Below the pieces are notes generated by a model that worked only from the letters and a program-made list of their open reading frames with translations, was not told where the DNA came from and searched no databases. From NCBI GenBank assembly GCA_965223415.1, contig OZ245002.1:4864001-4928000 (forward strand): 64,000 nucleotides of DNA, read 5' to 3'. This DNA comes from Myxococcota bacterium (GTDB lineage Bacteria > Myxococcota_A > UBA9160 > UBA6930). The position numbers and the translations under genes were made by a program. Shown here piece by piece: positions 40,056 through 48,970 of this stretch. The stretch's first letter is position 1. The number at the start of each line of letters is the position of its first letter.

Positions 40056-41465
40056 ATGTGGCGGCTGCGCGCGACGACGCGGATCGGATGGCTGGGGGCG
40101 CTGCTGCTGGCGCTGGCGACCGCCTCGGGAGCGGAGACGGACCCGGGCAGGGTCCTGCTGGTGCTCGACGCCTCCGGCAGCATGTGGGGCCAGATCGGCG
40201 GCGAGCCGAAGATCGGTATCGCGCGCGAGGTGGTGCGCGACCTGATGGAGGACTGGGACGAGAGCCTGGCCCTCGGTCTCAGCAGCTACGGGCACCGGCG
40301 CGAGGGCGACTGCGAGGACATCGAGCTGTTGATCCCGACCGCCGCCGGCAACGCCGCGGCGGTGGCCGAGCGGGTGGAGGCTCTGAGCCCGAAGGGGAAG
40401 ACGCCCCTCAGCGAGGCGGTGAAGCGTGCCGCCGAGCACCTCGCCTACACCGAGGATCCGGCGGTGGTCGTGCTGGTCAGCGACGGCGAGGAGACCTGCG
40501 GCGCCGATCCCTGCGCGGTGGCCGAGGCGCTCGAAGCCGCCGGCGCGGACTTCACCGCCCACGTGATCGGCTTCGACGTGGCCCTGGAGAAGCAGGCCGG
40601 ACTGCGCTGCCTCGCCGAGGCCACCGGCGGTGAGTTCCTGGCGGCTGCCGACGCGGGGGAGCTGCGTACTTCCCTGGGACGGGCCCTCGAGAAAGCGAAG
40701 GAAGGCGTCGGCCCCCCGCTCCACTTCCAGGCGTCGCTGGTGGAGGGCGGGCCCGCGCTCCGCAAGGAGGACCTGACCTGGATGGTCGCCTGGAGCGTCG
40801 CCCGCGACGACGGAGCCGGCGCACCGGCCAAGGCTCGCGACGCGAAGGTCGGCTTCGAGCTCGAGCCGGGTGCCTACACGGCGGAGCTCCAGTGGGACGT
40901 GGTGAGGCGCAGCCTTCCCTTCGACGTCGTGGAGGGAGAGCGTGCGACCCACACGATCGCGATGGAGGCGGGTGTCGTGAGCTTCGTCGCCGCCCTGACC
41001 GACGGCGGCCCCCGGATCACGGAGCCGCTCGGCTGGACCTTCTACGCGGCGAACCCTGACGGGAGCCTCGGCGAGAAGCTGGCCTACAAGAGCGGATCGA
41101 CGCGCTCCTTCGTCGTACCCGCGGGCTCGAACACGGTCGTGGCGAAGCTCGGCGACGCCGTGCGTCACTACTCCTTCTCGATCGAGGCGGGCGTCCGGGA
41201 CGAGCACGTCGTGTCGCTGCGAGCCGGCCGGGCCCGCTTTTCTGCCGTCGCGTCCGACGGCACGGGCCGACGCGGCTACAAGACCTGGACGATCCGCGCC
41301 GAGCCGGACGGACAGCGGGCCGGCTTCAAGGCCGACGAGAGCCCCACGTTCGTGCTCGCGGCCGGGCGTTATGTCGCCGAGCTCGGCTTCGACGGGCAGA
41401 AGATCACGCAGGTGTTCGAGGTGAAGCCCGGCGAGACGGGCGAGCACCAGCTCACGCTGCCCTAG
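40056..41465 (+). CDS. Secreted VWA-domain protein
   Basis: Signal peptide; DASGS (MIDAS), G.TPL, SDGEETC. Confidence 0.88.
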   Translation: MWRLRATTRIGWLGALLLALATASGAETDPGRVLLVLDASGSMWGQIGGEPKIGIAREVVRDLMEDWDESLALGLSSYGHRREGDCEDIELLIPTAAGNAAAVAERVEALSPKGKTPLSEAVKRAAEHLAYTEDPAVVVLVSDGEETCGADPCAVAEALEAAGADFTAHVIGFDVALEKQAGLRCLAEATGGEFLAAADAGELRTSLGRALEKAKEGVGPPLHFQASLVEGGPALRKEDLTWMVAWSVARDDGAGAPAKARDAKVGFELEPGAYTAELQWDVVRRSLPFDVVEGERATHTIAMEAGVVSFVAALTDGGPRITEPLGWTFYAANPDGSLGEKLAYKSGSTRSFVVPAGSNTVVAKLGDAVRHYSFSIEAGVRDEHVVSLRAGRARFSAVASDGTGRRGYKTWTIRAEPDGQRAGFKADESPTFVLAAGRYVAELGFDGQKITQVFEVKPGETGEHQLTLP

Positions 41466-41469
41466 CAGG

Positions 41470-42264
41470 CTACTCGGCGTGAGGCTCGCACCCGGGCCGG
41501 TTGCAGCCGACCTGCATGCGGGACGCGAACTCGTTGCGGTAGCCGTCGAAGATGAAGCCCATCACGCGCAGGTCGCTCTCGTAGCGGGGCAGCACGGCGT
41601 GCTCGTACCAGAGGGCGATCTCGCGCTTCGCGAGGGCGTTGCCGATCAGGTCCCGCATGCGGTTGCTCTCGCGGATCGCGGTTCCGACGCCCGCCAGCGC
41701 GGAGGTGGTCGCGCTGATCGCGCCCACCACGGGGACGCATCGCGAGCCGTCCGCGAGCCAGCCGAGCAGCCGACCCGCGCCGATGGTCCCGCCCTTGTTG
41801 GCCGCCGCGCTCTGGAACTCGATCAAGGGGAGTTCGACGAGCTGGTCGATCTCGTACTCGTGCTCGTCGATCTCCCGACGGATGAAGGCGAGGTCGTCGA
41901 TCGCCTGCTGGTGCTCGGCCTCGAGCTGGCTGCGGATCTGCTGGAGGCTGCTCATGGCGTCGGCGTAGATCTGGCTGTCGCAGCGCTCGATCCCCTGCTT
42001 GACGATGTCGGCCGCGAAGAAGTAGCTCGACCAGAGCGCGTCGAGGCCGCCGAAGTTTCGGTCCGCCGCCGCGCCGGCCGCGTTGCCGCGCGTGCGGTTC
42101 CAGAAGCGGCCACCCCGGTCGCTGATCGTGACGCCGAGCGGGATGCCGCGGAACTCGGGGGCGATGGTGTAGCCGTCCATCCGGCCGGACTGATACCGCA
42201 GCGTCTCGGCGGACGCGGGGCCCGTCAAGAGCGCGTAGACGACGAGCAGGAGGGCCGCTCTCAT
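41470..42264 (-). CDS. Hypothetical secreted helical protein
   Basis: Signal peptide; coiled-coil-like segment; hydrophobic stretch; start overlaps the upstream stop. Confidence 0.6.
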   Translation of the reverse strand: MRAALLLVVYALLTGPASAETLRYQSGRMDGYTIAPEFRGIPLGVTISDRGGRFWNRTRGNAAGAAADRNFGGLDALWSSYFFAADIVKQGIERCDSQIYADAMSSLQQIRSQLEAEHQQAIDDLAFIRREIDEHEYEIDQLVELPLIEFQSAAANKGGTIGAGRLLGWLADGSRCVPVVGAISATTSALAGVGTAIRESNRMRDLIGNALAKREIALWYEHAVLPRYESDLRVMGFIFDGYRNEFASRMQVGCNRPGCEPHAE

Positions 42265-43064
42265 TCCGCACAGGTCTCCGCGGCGGCGGCCAGCTCCAGT
42301 CGCTTGGCCTCGTGGAAGGCGCGCACCTGCTCCTCGACATAGGCGCGGTAGTCGGTCGCCTGGTAGGGCGGAGGCTCCTCGCAGGTCTCCTCCTCCTCCG
42401 CGAGGGCGATGCGCTCCTCGGCTTCCAGGGCGGAGAACAGCTCGAGACCCGCGTAGTGGCGGTGGAGTGCGTCCGCCTCCGAGCGCAGGGTGTCGACGAC
42501 GCGCTGGCGTTCCGCGGAGACGCGCCGGGTCTCGGCCTGGATCCGCTCGCGCTCCTCGCTCCCGGCGTCCCGGTAGCGCGCGTGGAGCGCCATCACCTGG
42601 GCCTGGAGCTGGCCCCGCTCCTGTGTGCGGCGGACCTGGCCCTCGAGGCCCTCCCGCATCGCGGCGTGCTCACGCTCGAGGGCCTGCATCCCCTGCTCCA
42701 GGTAGGCGATGTCCTCGGGGTCCGCGAAGCCCTGCCTCGTGAGCGCGGTGAGCGAGCGGCGGAGCCTCCCGCAGTGGGGCTCGACGAACGACTCCTTGAG
42801 CGCCTGCCAGCGAAGCCAGAGGCCATTCGTCCCCCAGTCCCTCGCGTACTTCTCGCCGACCTCGGCGGGGAGAACGGCGCGCAGCGTGGCCTCGGCGGCG
42901 GTCGGGCCGAAGCGCTCCTGGCAGCTGGCCACGAGGCCGTCGCAGGTGCGGATCAGCTCCCGGACCTGCGCGGTCCCCTCCTCCAGGGGCATCGGGTCCC
43001 GGGCGCCGGCGGGGGTGGCGCCCCACAGGCCGATCATCAGGCAGGCGAGAGCGCCACGCATCAT
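42261..43064 (-). CDS. Hypothetical secreted coiled-coil protein
   Basis: Signal peptide; E/Q/R-rich helices; several Cys. Confidence 0.6.
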   Translation of the reverse strand: MMRGALACLMIGLWGATPAGARDPMPLEEGTAQVRELIRTCDGLVASCQERFGPTAAEATLRAVLPAEVGEKYARDWGTNGLWLRWQALKESFVEPHCGRLRRSLTALTRQGFADPEDIAYLEQGMQALEREHAAMREGLEGQVRRTQERGQLQAQVMALHARYRDAGSEERERIQAETRRVSAERQRVVDTLRSEADALHRHYAGLELFSALEAEERIALAEEEETCEEPPPYQATDYRAYVEEQVRAFHEAKRLELAAAAETCAE

Positions 43065-43154
43065 GAACGGCGCTGTCGGGAGGCCGGCGGAAATTCTTGA
43101 ATGGCCGCCGGCCTCCCGGTGCGGACCTACTCGTAAAGGATGCCCTTCTTTGCG

Positions 43155-43207
43155 GCCTGCTCGTGTCGCGGACGAAGTCCATCGACCAACGCTCGTTCGG
43201 GCCCAGG
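43155..43207 (-). pseudogene. Short IS3-family transposase (integrase core) fragment
   Basis: Minus strand reads GPNERWSMDFVRD, the typical start of the IS3 OrfB DDE domain. Confidence 0.5.
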
Positions 43208-44071
43208 GATGAACGCCTCCGCTTCGTAGCTCGCCTCCTCGAGGGCGAGAAGATGGCGCCGCTCTGCCGCGAGTTCGGGATCTCCCGGGTCACCGGGTAC
43301 TAGATCTACCAGCGCTACAAGGCTTGCGGCCTGGAAGGCCTCCAGGACCGATCCCGGCGCCCCGATCGCCACGCAACCAGCTCCCGTACCAGCTCGAGCG
43401 GGCGATCCTCGGGATCAAGAAGGAGCATACCTCCTGGCGCGCCGAAGATTCGCGACAAGCGGATCCGCGACTTCCCGATGATCAGGCCTCCGGCGGTGAG
43501 CACGGTGCATGCCGTGCTGGATCGCAACGGTCTCGTCAAGCGTCGCAGACGCGGTCGCCCGACGGCGATCCGCACCGACACCGGGGTTCCCTTCGCATCG
43601 CCCAACGCACTCGGTCTCTCGAAAGCTCTCCCTCTGGTGGCTCAAGCTCGGCATCCAGATCCAGCGCATCAAGCCGGGTTGCCCTCAGCAGAACGGACGG
43701 CACGAACGCATGCATCTCACGCTCAAGAAAGAAGCCACCAAGCCCGCGTCGTTCAACTTCCTGCAGCAGCAGGAGCGCTTCGACCGGTTCACGGGCGTCT
43801 ACAATCACGAGCGACCGCATCAGGCCCTGGGCGGTGCGTACCCCGGCGACCTCTATACATCTTTGCCGCGCGCCTACGAGCCACCCGACGAGCCGGAGTA
43901 CCCGTTCCACGACCGGTCCGTTCGGGTGACTCAGTGCGGCCGCATCTGCATGGGGCGACGCAAGATCAACCTCAGCACGGTCTTCCGAGCCGGCTCCGAA
44001 CCCCTTCGGGCCCCAGAAAGTGTCAACCATGTCCCCGGAATGATCTGTAAACCATGTGCCCGGAATGGACC
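43208..44071 (+). pseudogene. Degraded IS481-family element
   Basis: DERLRFVARLL..LCREFGISRVTGY then an in-frame stop; frameshifts; PQQNGRHERMH.TLK, YNHERPHQAL. Right end carries two ~22-bp direct repeats TGT(C/A)AACCATGT(C/G)CCCGGAATG at 44021 and 44046. Confidence 0.85.
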
Positions 44072-44081
44072 CGCGAAAACC

Positions 44082-44126
44082 TGGCGCCCCCGGCACGACT
44101 CGAACGTGCGACACCCGGTTTAGGAA
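44082..44126 (-). other. 3' half of tRNA-Arg(CCU), att-like site
   Basis: Minus strand TTCCTAAACCGGGTGTCGCACGTTCGAGTCGTGCCGGGGGCGCCA: anticodon loop, T-arm and CCA end; no D-arm or 5' acceptor strand. Confidence 0.85.
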
Positions 44127-44269
44127 GTGCCGGACCGTAGCCCTCCCACGCCGTTGGTTGCCCTACCCCGCAGCAGATTCCAGGATTGCTCGCGTTCAAT
44201 GCCATACCGAAGACGGCCGATGTTGTACCTCGCCGCCTTCCCATGGCCTTACTCGCGAGGACCTCGAGG

Positions 44270-44726
44270 ATGCCCGGCCGCAACAAGCTCAAGCTGACGA
44301 AGACCGCCGTCGAGACGCGCTGCCGCTTGCCGGAGGGGCGGCGCCAGGCCATCTACTGGGACACGGAGATCCCGGGCTTCGGGCTCCGGGTCGGTCAGAG
44401 GACCCGGACCTACATCCTCCAGCGGGACCTTCCGGGAGGCCGGACCCGGCGCGTGACGATCGGCCGCCACGGCGCCTGGACCGTTCAGCAGGCGCGGAAG
44501 AAGGCCCGCGAGCTGATCGCCCGCATCGACGAGGGCGAGGACCCCAACGCCACCCGGCGGGCCCGGGCGGCCCGGGGCGTCACACTCCGGCAGGCCCTGG
44601 ACATCCACCTGAGGCGGCTGGAGGCAAAGGATGCAAGCGAGCGAACGAAAGAGACCCTCCAGGACGAGGTCCCCCGCCACCTGGGCGACTGGCTGGACCG
44701 GCCCCTGATCGAAATCCGGCGACAGC
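44270..44726 (+). pseudogene. Tyrosine integrase N-terminal part (arm-binding domain), truncated by IS21
   Basis: KLTKTAV..YWDTEIPGFGLRV..RRVTIGRHG..AR..A..G.DP arm-binding signature; catalytic domain absent. Confidence 0.85.
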
Positions 44727-44861
44727 TGTCGAGGGACGTCATCTCTTGCGCGCTAAGAGGACGGCTAGTTTTGCGCACCCCCCTGGGTTGATGTTCGGTT
44801 CTTCCTTCTTCTCTTCCGCTCTCCGAAGGAGAGCACGGCCGTCAGGCCGCCCTCTGGGGCC

Positions 44862-45662
44862 TCAACGCTGGGCGCTTTGCCCCGCGGCCTGCTCGAGCTC
44901 GCGGAGCCGGTAGCTCCGCCCCGAGATGTTGAGCACCTGGCTGTGGTGGAGGAGGCGATCGAGGATGGCGGTGGCCAGCACCTCGTCGCCCGCCAGCACC
45001 TCGGGCCAGTCGGCGATGCCCTTGTTCGTGGTGATCAGGATCGAGCCCCTCCCATAGCGGTAGGAGACGAGCCGGAAGAAGAGGCTCGCCTCCTGGCGCG
45101 TCATGGGCTCGAAGCCGACCTCGTCGATGACGAGGAGCGCCACGTTCATGTGCTTGCGCCGCCGCAGCCGTTGCGGGCTGATCTCGGCGTCGCGCTTGAG
45201 GGCCGCCAGCAGGTCCTCGAGGCGATGGAAGGCCACGGAGAAGCCGTTCTCCACGGCCCGCACCCCCAGGGCCACCGCCAGGTGGGTCTTGCCCACTCCC
45301 GGCGGACCCTGGATCAGCAGACTCTCCTTGGCCCGGATCCACGCGCAGGTGCCCAGCGTCTCGATCCGGCTCCGCTCCACACTCGGCTGGAAGGCGAAGT
45401 CGAAGTTGCCGAGGGTCTGCCCCGTGGGAAGGCCCGAGAGACGGAGCGAGGTCTTCATCCTCCGCTCCTCGCGGTGCTGCAGCTCGGCCTCGAGCAGCAG
45501 GTCGAGGAAGCGGTGGGGCACGAGGTCGTCCTTGGTCGCTCGGGCCAGCTCCTCGCCGATGTGCTCGGCCGCGTGATGGAGGCCGAGGCGCACGAGCCGC
45601 TCGCGGGTCGGGTCGAGATCCACCTTGCCGCCCTTCTTGGGCACCGGGTTTCCCGCCGTCAT
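44862..45662 (-). CDS. istB: IS21 helper ATPase
   Basis: FDFAFQP, GPPGVGKTHLA, IDEVG, ITTN, ILDRLLHH, G.SYR. Confidence 0.95.
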   Translation of the reverse strand: MTAGNPVPKKGGKVDLDPTRERLVRLGLHHAAEHIGEELARATKDDLVPHRFLDLLLEAELQHREERRMKTSLRLSGLPTGQTLGNFDFAFQPSVERSRIETLGTCAWIRAKESLLIQGPPGVGKTHLAVALGVRAVENGFSVAFHRLEDLLAALKRDAEISPQRLRRRKHMNVALLVIDEVGFEPMTRQEASLFFRLVSYRYGRGSILITTNKGIADWPEVLAGDEVLATAILDRLLHHSQVLNISGRSYRLRELEQAAGQSAQR

Positions 45663-46930
45663 CGCGCCACCTCCGCCAGATCGGCATAGAGGTCGATCGG
45701 CCGCTGCTCCGGCTCCATCGCCCACAGCTCCTGGAGGCGTCGACCCATGCGCCCGAGCGGTACGGGCGCCTCCACCCCCTCCGTGCTCGGCCCCTCGTAG
45801 TGGCTCGGGTCCAGCAGCAGGCGGCTTCGCGTGTGGCGCGGGTGCGCGGCCACCACCGAGCCCTCGGCCCAGACCTGCACCTGCCGGGCGCAGCCGCGCA
45901 CCTCGACGCTCTGCTCGACGAAGCGGAAGGGGACGCTGTAGGTACGCCCCTCGAAGCGCACCGTGGCGTCGCGCCCGACACGTCGCATCACGGCCAGGTC
46001 GAAGGGCTCGGGAAGCCGCTCGGGCAGGGCCCCGAGATGGGGCTTCTCCGCCTCCCACGCCTGGAAGACCGTCGTGCCCGTCGCCGGGCACTGCCGCCGG
46101 TGGCTCGAGCGCGCCACCTGGCCGTCCGTCCACGCTTGCAGCGACTCCAGGCTCTCGTGCTCCCGCCGACGCGGATCGAAGCCCCGCCGGTGCCCCAGGA
46201 TCCGACGCTCCACCTTCCCCTTCTCCTGCGGCTGGCGGGGACGGGTGGCGTCCACGTGGAAGCGAAGGGCCCCGGCATAGCTCGCGTAAGCCGGGTTCAC
46301 CGTCCCCCATGGCCCCGCCCCCTTCGCCACCGCTGTCTTCACGTTGTCGACCCGCAGCACCGCCGGCACCCCGCCCAGCCGCTCGAAGGCCCGGTTGTGC
46401 ACGTCCAGCCACGCCAGCGTGTCCGCCCGCTCCGACCACACCACCGCTTCTCGCCGCGAGTGCGAGAGCACCAGGTGGAAGGCATGCAGGTCCACCTCCT
46501 GGCCCCCGATCCGCACGCCCGGAAACTCGCCCCAGTCCACCTGACCCTGCGCCCCGGGCGGTGTCTCCACCCGACGCCGGCTCCGCACCTTCGGTCTCGG
46601 GAACCGGGCCCGCACGTACCGCTGCACGCTCTTGGAGCTCCCCGTGTACCCGTGCTCCTCCACCAGGAACTCGTGAAGCTCCTGCAGGTTCACGCCACGG
46701 CCTCCCGAGCTCGCCTCCAGCCACTCCGCGATCACCTCGTGGACCGCCTCGGCCAGGAAGGGCTTCCCGCTCCGGCCGTCTCGCGCCCCCTCCGCCAGCC
46801 GCTTCAGCCGGTAGCGCACCGCGCTCTCCCGGATCCCCAGCTGGCGGGCGATCTCCCGGTTCGAGCACCCCCGCTCGTGCAGCACTTCGATCGTCATCAC
46901 TTCCTCCTGCCTCAGTCGCCGCTGCCCCAC
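45659..46930 (-). CDS. istA: IS21 transposase
   Basis: N-terminal HTH, ETPPG.QGQVDWG, DN.K, EKGKVER, YSVP. Confidence 0.95.
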   Translation of the reverse strand: MGQRRLRQEEVMTIEVLHERGCSNREIARQLGIRESAVRYRLKRLAEGARDGRSGKPFLAEAVHEVIAEWLEASSGGRGVNLQELHEFLVEEHGYTGSSKSVQRYVRARFPRPKVRSRRRVETPPGAQGQVDWGEFPGVRIGGQEVDLHAFHLVLSHSRREAVVWSERADTLAWLDVHNRAFERLGGVPAVLRVDNVKTAVAKGAGPWGTVNPAYASYAGALRFHVDATRPRQPQEKGKVERRILGHRRGFDPRRREHESLESLQAWTDGQVARSSHRRQCPATGTTVFQAWEAEKPHLGALPERLPEPFDLAVMRRVGRDATVRFEGRTYSVPFRFVEQSVEVRGCARQVQVWAEGSVVAAHPRHTRSRLLLDPSHYEGPSTEGVEAPVPLGRMGRRLQELWAMEPEQRPIDLYADLAEVAR

Positions 46931-47028
46931 GCCCCCCTCCCTCACGGGGAACGTGCCGCGCAGCGGCTCAACAGGAGGTGCGCAAATCTACGTGTCCTCT
47001 TAGCCCTCGAATATCACGTCCTGCGACA

Positions 47029-47520
47029 ACGCTCGAAGCGCACGGCATCTCGGTCGTGCTCTCGGGTGGAGCCGTCGTCTCGATCTACTCCGATGCGGAG
47101 TACGTCTCGTACGATCTCGATTTCATTCCCACGGGCCTCGCACGGAAAGTCGACACCGCCATGGAATCCCTCGGCTTCAAGAAGACCCAGCGGCACTGGA
47201 CGCATCCAAAGAGCCGCTACTGAGTCGAGTTCCCACCCGGCCCGGTGGCGATCGGAGACGAAACGATCCGCAGCTTCGCCGAGCGCGAGACGCGAATGGG
47301 GACGCTGCGACTGCTGGCTCCGACCGAGTGCGTCATGGACCGGCTCGCCGGGTACTTCCACGATGCGGACACGCAGTGCCTCGAACAGGCGATCCAGGTC
47401 GCGACGCGGCATCCCGTCGATCTGAAGCGCATCGCGAGGTGGGCGCGCGCTGAGCGGCCTCATGGTGAGGAACGCTACCGGGAGTTCGAGCGGCGGCTAC
47501 GCGAGACCGCGGGTCGGTAG
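47029..47520 (+). pseudogene. 5'-truncated nucleotidyltransferase, paralog of 60244-60795
   Basis: Begins at the IS21 end with TLEAHGISVVLSGGAVVSIYSD; TGG>TGA stop at 47221-47223; otherwise aligns with the intact copy. Confidence 0.88.
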
Positions 47521-47569
47521 CCGCTCTGACTGGCAGGATTCGAACCCCCGACCCTTGTATCTACTCCAC

Positions 47570-47745
47570 TCACCCGGATCTGGTTCAATAGGGTCAGAAC
47601 GGGTTTCGGGGGAGGGTCGCCGTCCCGACCCAGAGGCATGGTCCTCGTACCTGAGAGAGGCGCCCTCGCCCGATCTCGCAAGCTCGAACGGTATCCCGAG
47701 GCAGCGGTCTGCCGCTCGTCCTCGCATGCACAAGGAAGAGCACCG
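47570..47745 (+). ncRNA. Predicted IS110 bridge RNA, copy 1 (ends approximate)
   Basis: 5' hairpin; target loop with CCCGACCC (47624-31) and ACCTGAG (47649-55); donor loop with ACGGTATC (47688-95) and ACAAG (47730-34). Each guide matches the target or donor junction. Confidence 0.85.
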
Positions 47746-47794
47746 AGGTCGGCACCGAGGCTCCCGACGCTCCCGTTCGAGGAGGAAGAAGGGG

Positions 47795-48970
47795 ATGCGC
47801 TTCGTTGGGATCGACATCGCCTCGGAAACGCACGTCGTCGCGATGGTGGGAGAAGACGGGGGCGTGCTGCTGAAGCCGGTCTCGTTCCGGGAGGAGGCGG
47901 CTGGCTACGCACTGCTGTGGGAGAAGCTGGGAGGCCCCGAGGACACGCTCGTAACGCTCGAGGCAACGGGGCACTACTGGAAGAACCTGTTCGCGGCGCT
48001 TGCGGCGAGGGGTTTTGCCGTGGCGTTGATCAACCCGCTGCGCAGTCGCCGGTTCGCACAAGAAGACTTGGAGCGGACGAAGACCGACGCAATCGATGCG
48101 CTCGGCCTGGCTCGCTTCGGAGCACAGAAGCGTCCGAGGGTGACTCGCCTTCCGGACGCGGCGACAGAAGAGCTTCGTGAGCTCGTCCGGCTCCGCGATC
48201 GTCTGGTTCAGGACTTCGGGGACTGCACCCGGCGGCTCCACCGCATGGTCGATCTGGGCTTCCCAGAGCTCAAACGGTACGTGAAGCACCTCGATAGCCA
48301 GCTGTCGACGGGGCTGCTGCGGGAGTACCCCACGGCAAGAGCCTTCCAGGAAGCCTCTGTGGGGCGCGTGGCAAAGCTTCGCTACGACGGTCGTCATCGT
48401 GTAGGCGATGCGCTCGCGAAGCAGCTCGTCGAGGCTGCGCAGAACTCGGTGGGCGCCCATCATGGCCCGGCCTACCAGGTGCAGGTGCGTTACCTGTGCG
48501 AAGACATGGACGTCTTGCGCAAGAGACTCGGCGACATCGACCGCGACATCGCGGATCAGCTATCCGCGCACGAGGTCGGAAGCTTGCTGACGACGATCGA
48601 TGGGATCGGGCCGACGACGGCAGCACGGCTCATCGCGGAGCTCGGTGACCCGGCCGACTTCGCCACGGCCGCAGCCCTCGCCGCCTACGTGGGCGTCGTT
48701 CCAGGCCTAAAGCAGTCGGGCAAGCGCCAAGGCAAACGCGGGAACCTCTCGCCAATCGGTCACGCGCGGCTACGTCGCGCACTGTGGATGCCGACGTTGG
48801 TCGCCGTTCGGAAGAACCCCTGGGTGCGGGCCCACTACGAGCGGCTGCGCGACAACGGCAAGCCCGCAAAGGTCGCGCTGATCGCCTCGACGAGGAAGCT
48901 GCTCATCGCGGTTCACGTCGTGGCGAGGACCCGCAAGCCCTTCGTTCCACAGCTAGAGACCAACCCATGA
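47795..48970 (+). CDS. IS110 DEDD recombinase (391 aa)
   Basis: GIDIA, LEATG, KTDAID (DEDD); IDGIG; QSG serine loop; GAGGAGG upstream. Confidence 0.96.
   Translation: MRFVGIDIASETHVVAMVGEDGGVLLKPVSFREEAAGYALLWEKLGGPEDTLVTLEATGHYWKNLFAALAARGFAVALINPLRSRRFAQEDLERTKTDAIDALGLARFGAQKRPRVTRLPDAATEELRELVRLRDRLVQDFGDCTRRLHRMVDLGFPELKRYVKHLDSQLSTGLLREYPTARAFQEASVGRVAKLRYDGRHRVGDALAKQLVEAAQNSVGAHHGPAYQVQVRYLCEDMDVLRKRLGDIDRDIADQLSAHEVGSLLTTIDGIGPTTAARLIAELGDPADFATAAALAAYVGVVPGLKQSGKRQGKRGNLSPIGHARLRRALWMPTLVAVRKNPWVRAHYERLRDNGKPAKVALIASTRKLLIAVHVVARTRKPFVPQLETNP

Larger units (their letters stand above)
44727..47028 (-). mobile_element. IS21-family insertion sequence
   Basis: istA-istB pair; ~55-bp imperfect terminal inverted repeats (TGTCGAGGGACGTCAT..GCTAAGAGGAC..TTTGCGCACC vs TGTCGCAGGACGTGAT..GCTAAGAGGAC..TTTGCGCACC); no target duplication. 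Confidence 0.95.

Noticed and set aside
44720..44731. Palindrome CGACAGCTGTCG as an IS21 end-to-end junction
   Set aside because: Sequence left of CGACA is integrase coding sequence and does not match the rest of the inverted repeat; probably chance.
47462..47794. Extended N-terminus of the IS110 transposase (502 aa and 471 aa versions)
   Set aside because: The extension runs through the bridge-RNA region, and in copy 1 outside the element. The MRFVGID start has an RBS and matches the family start.
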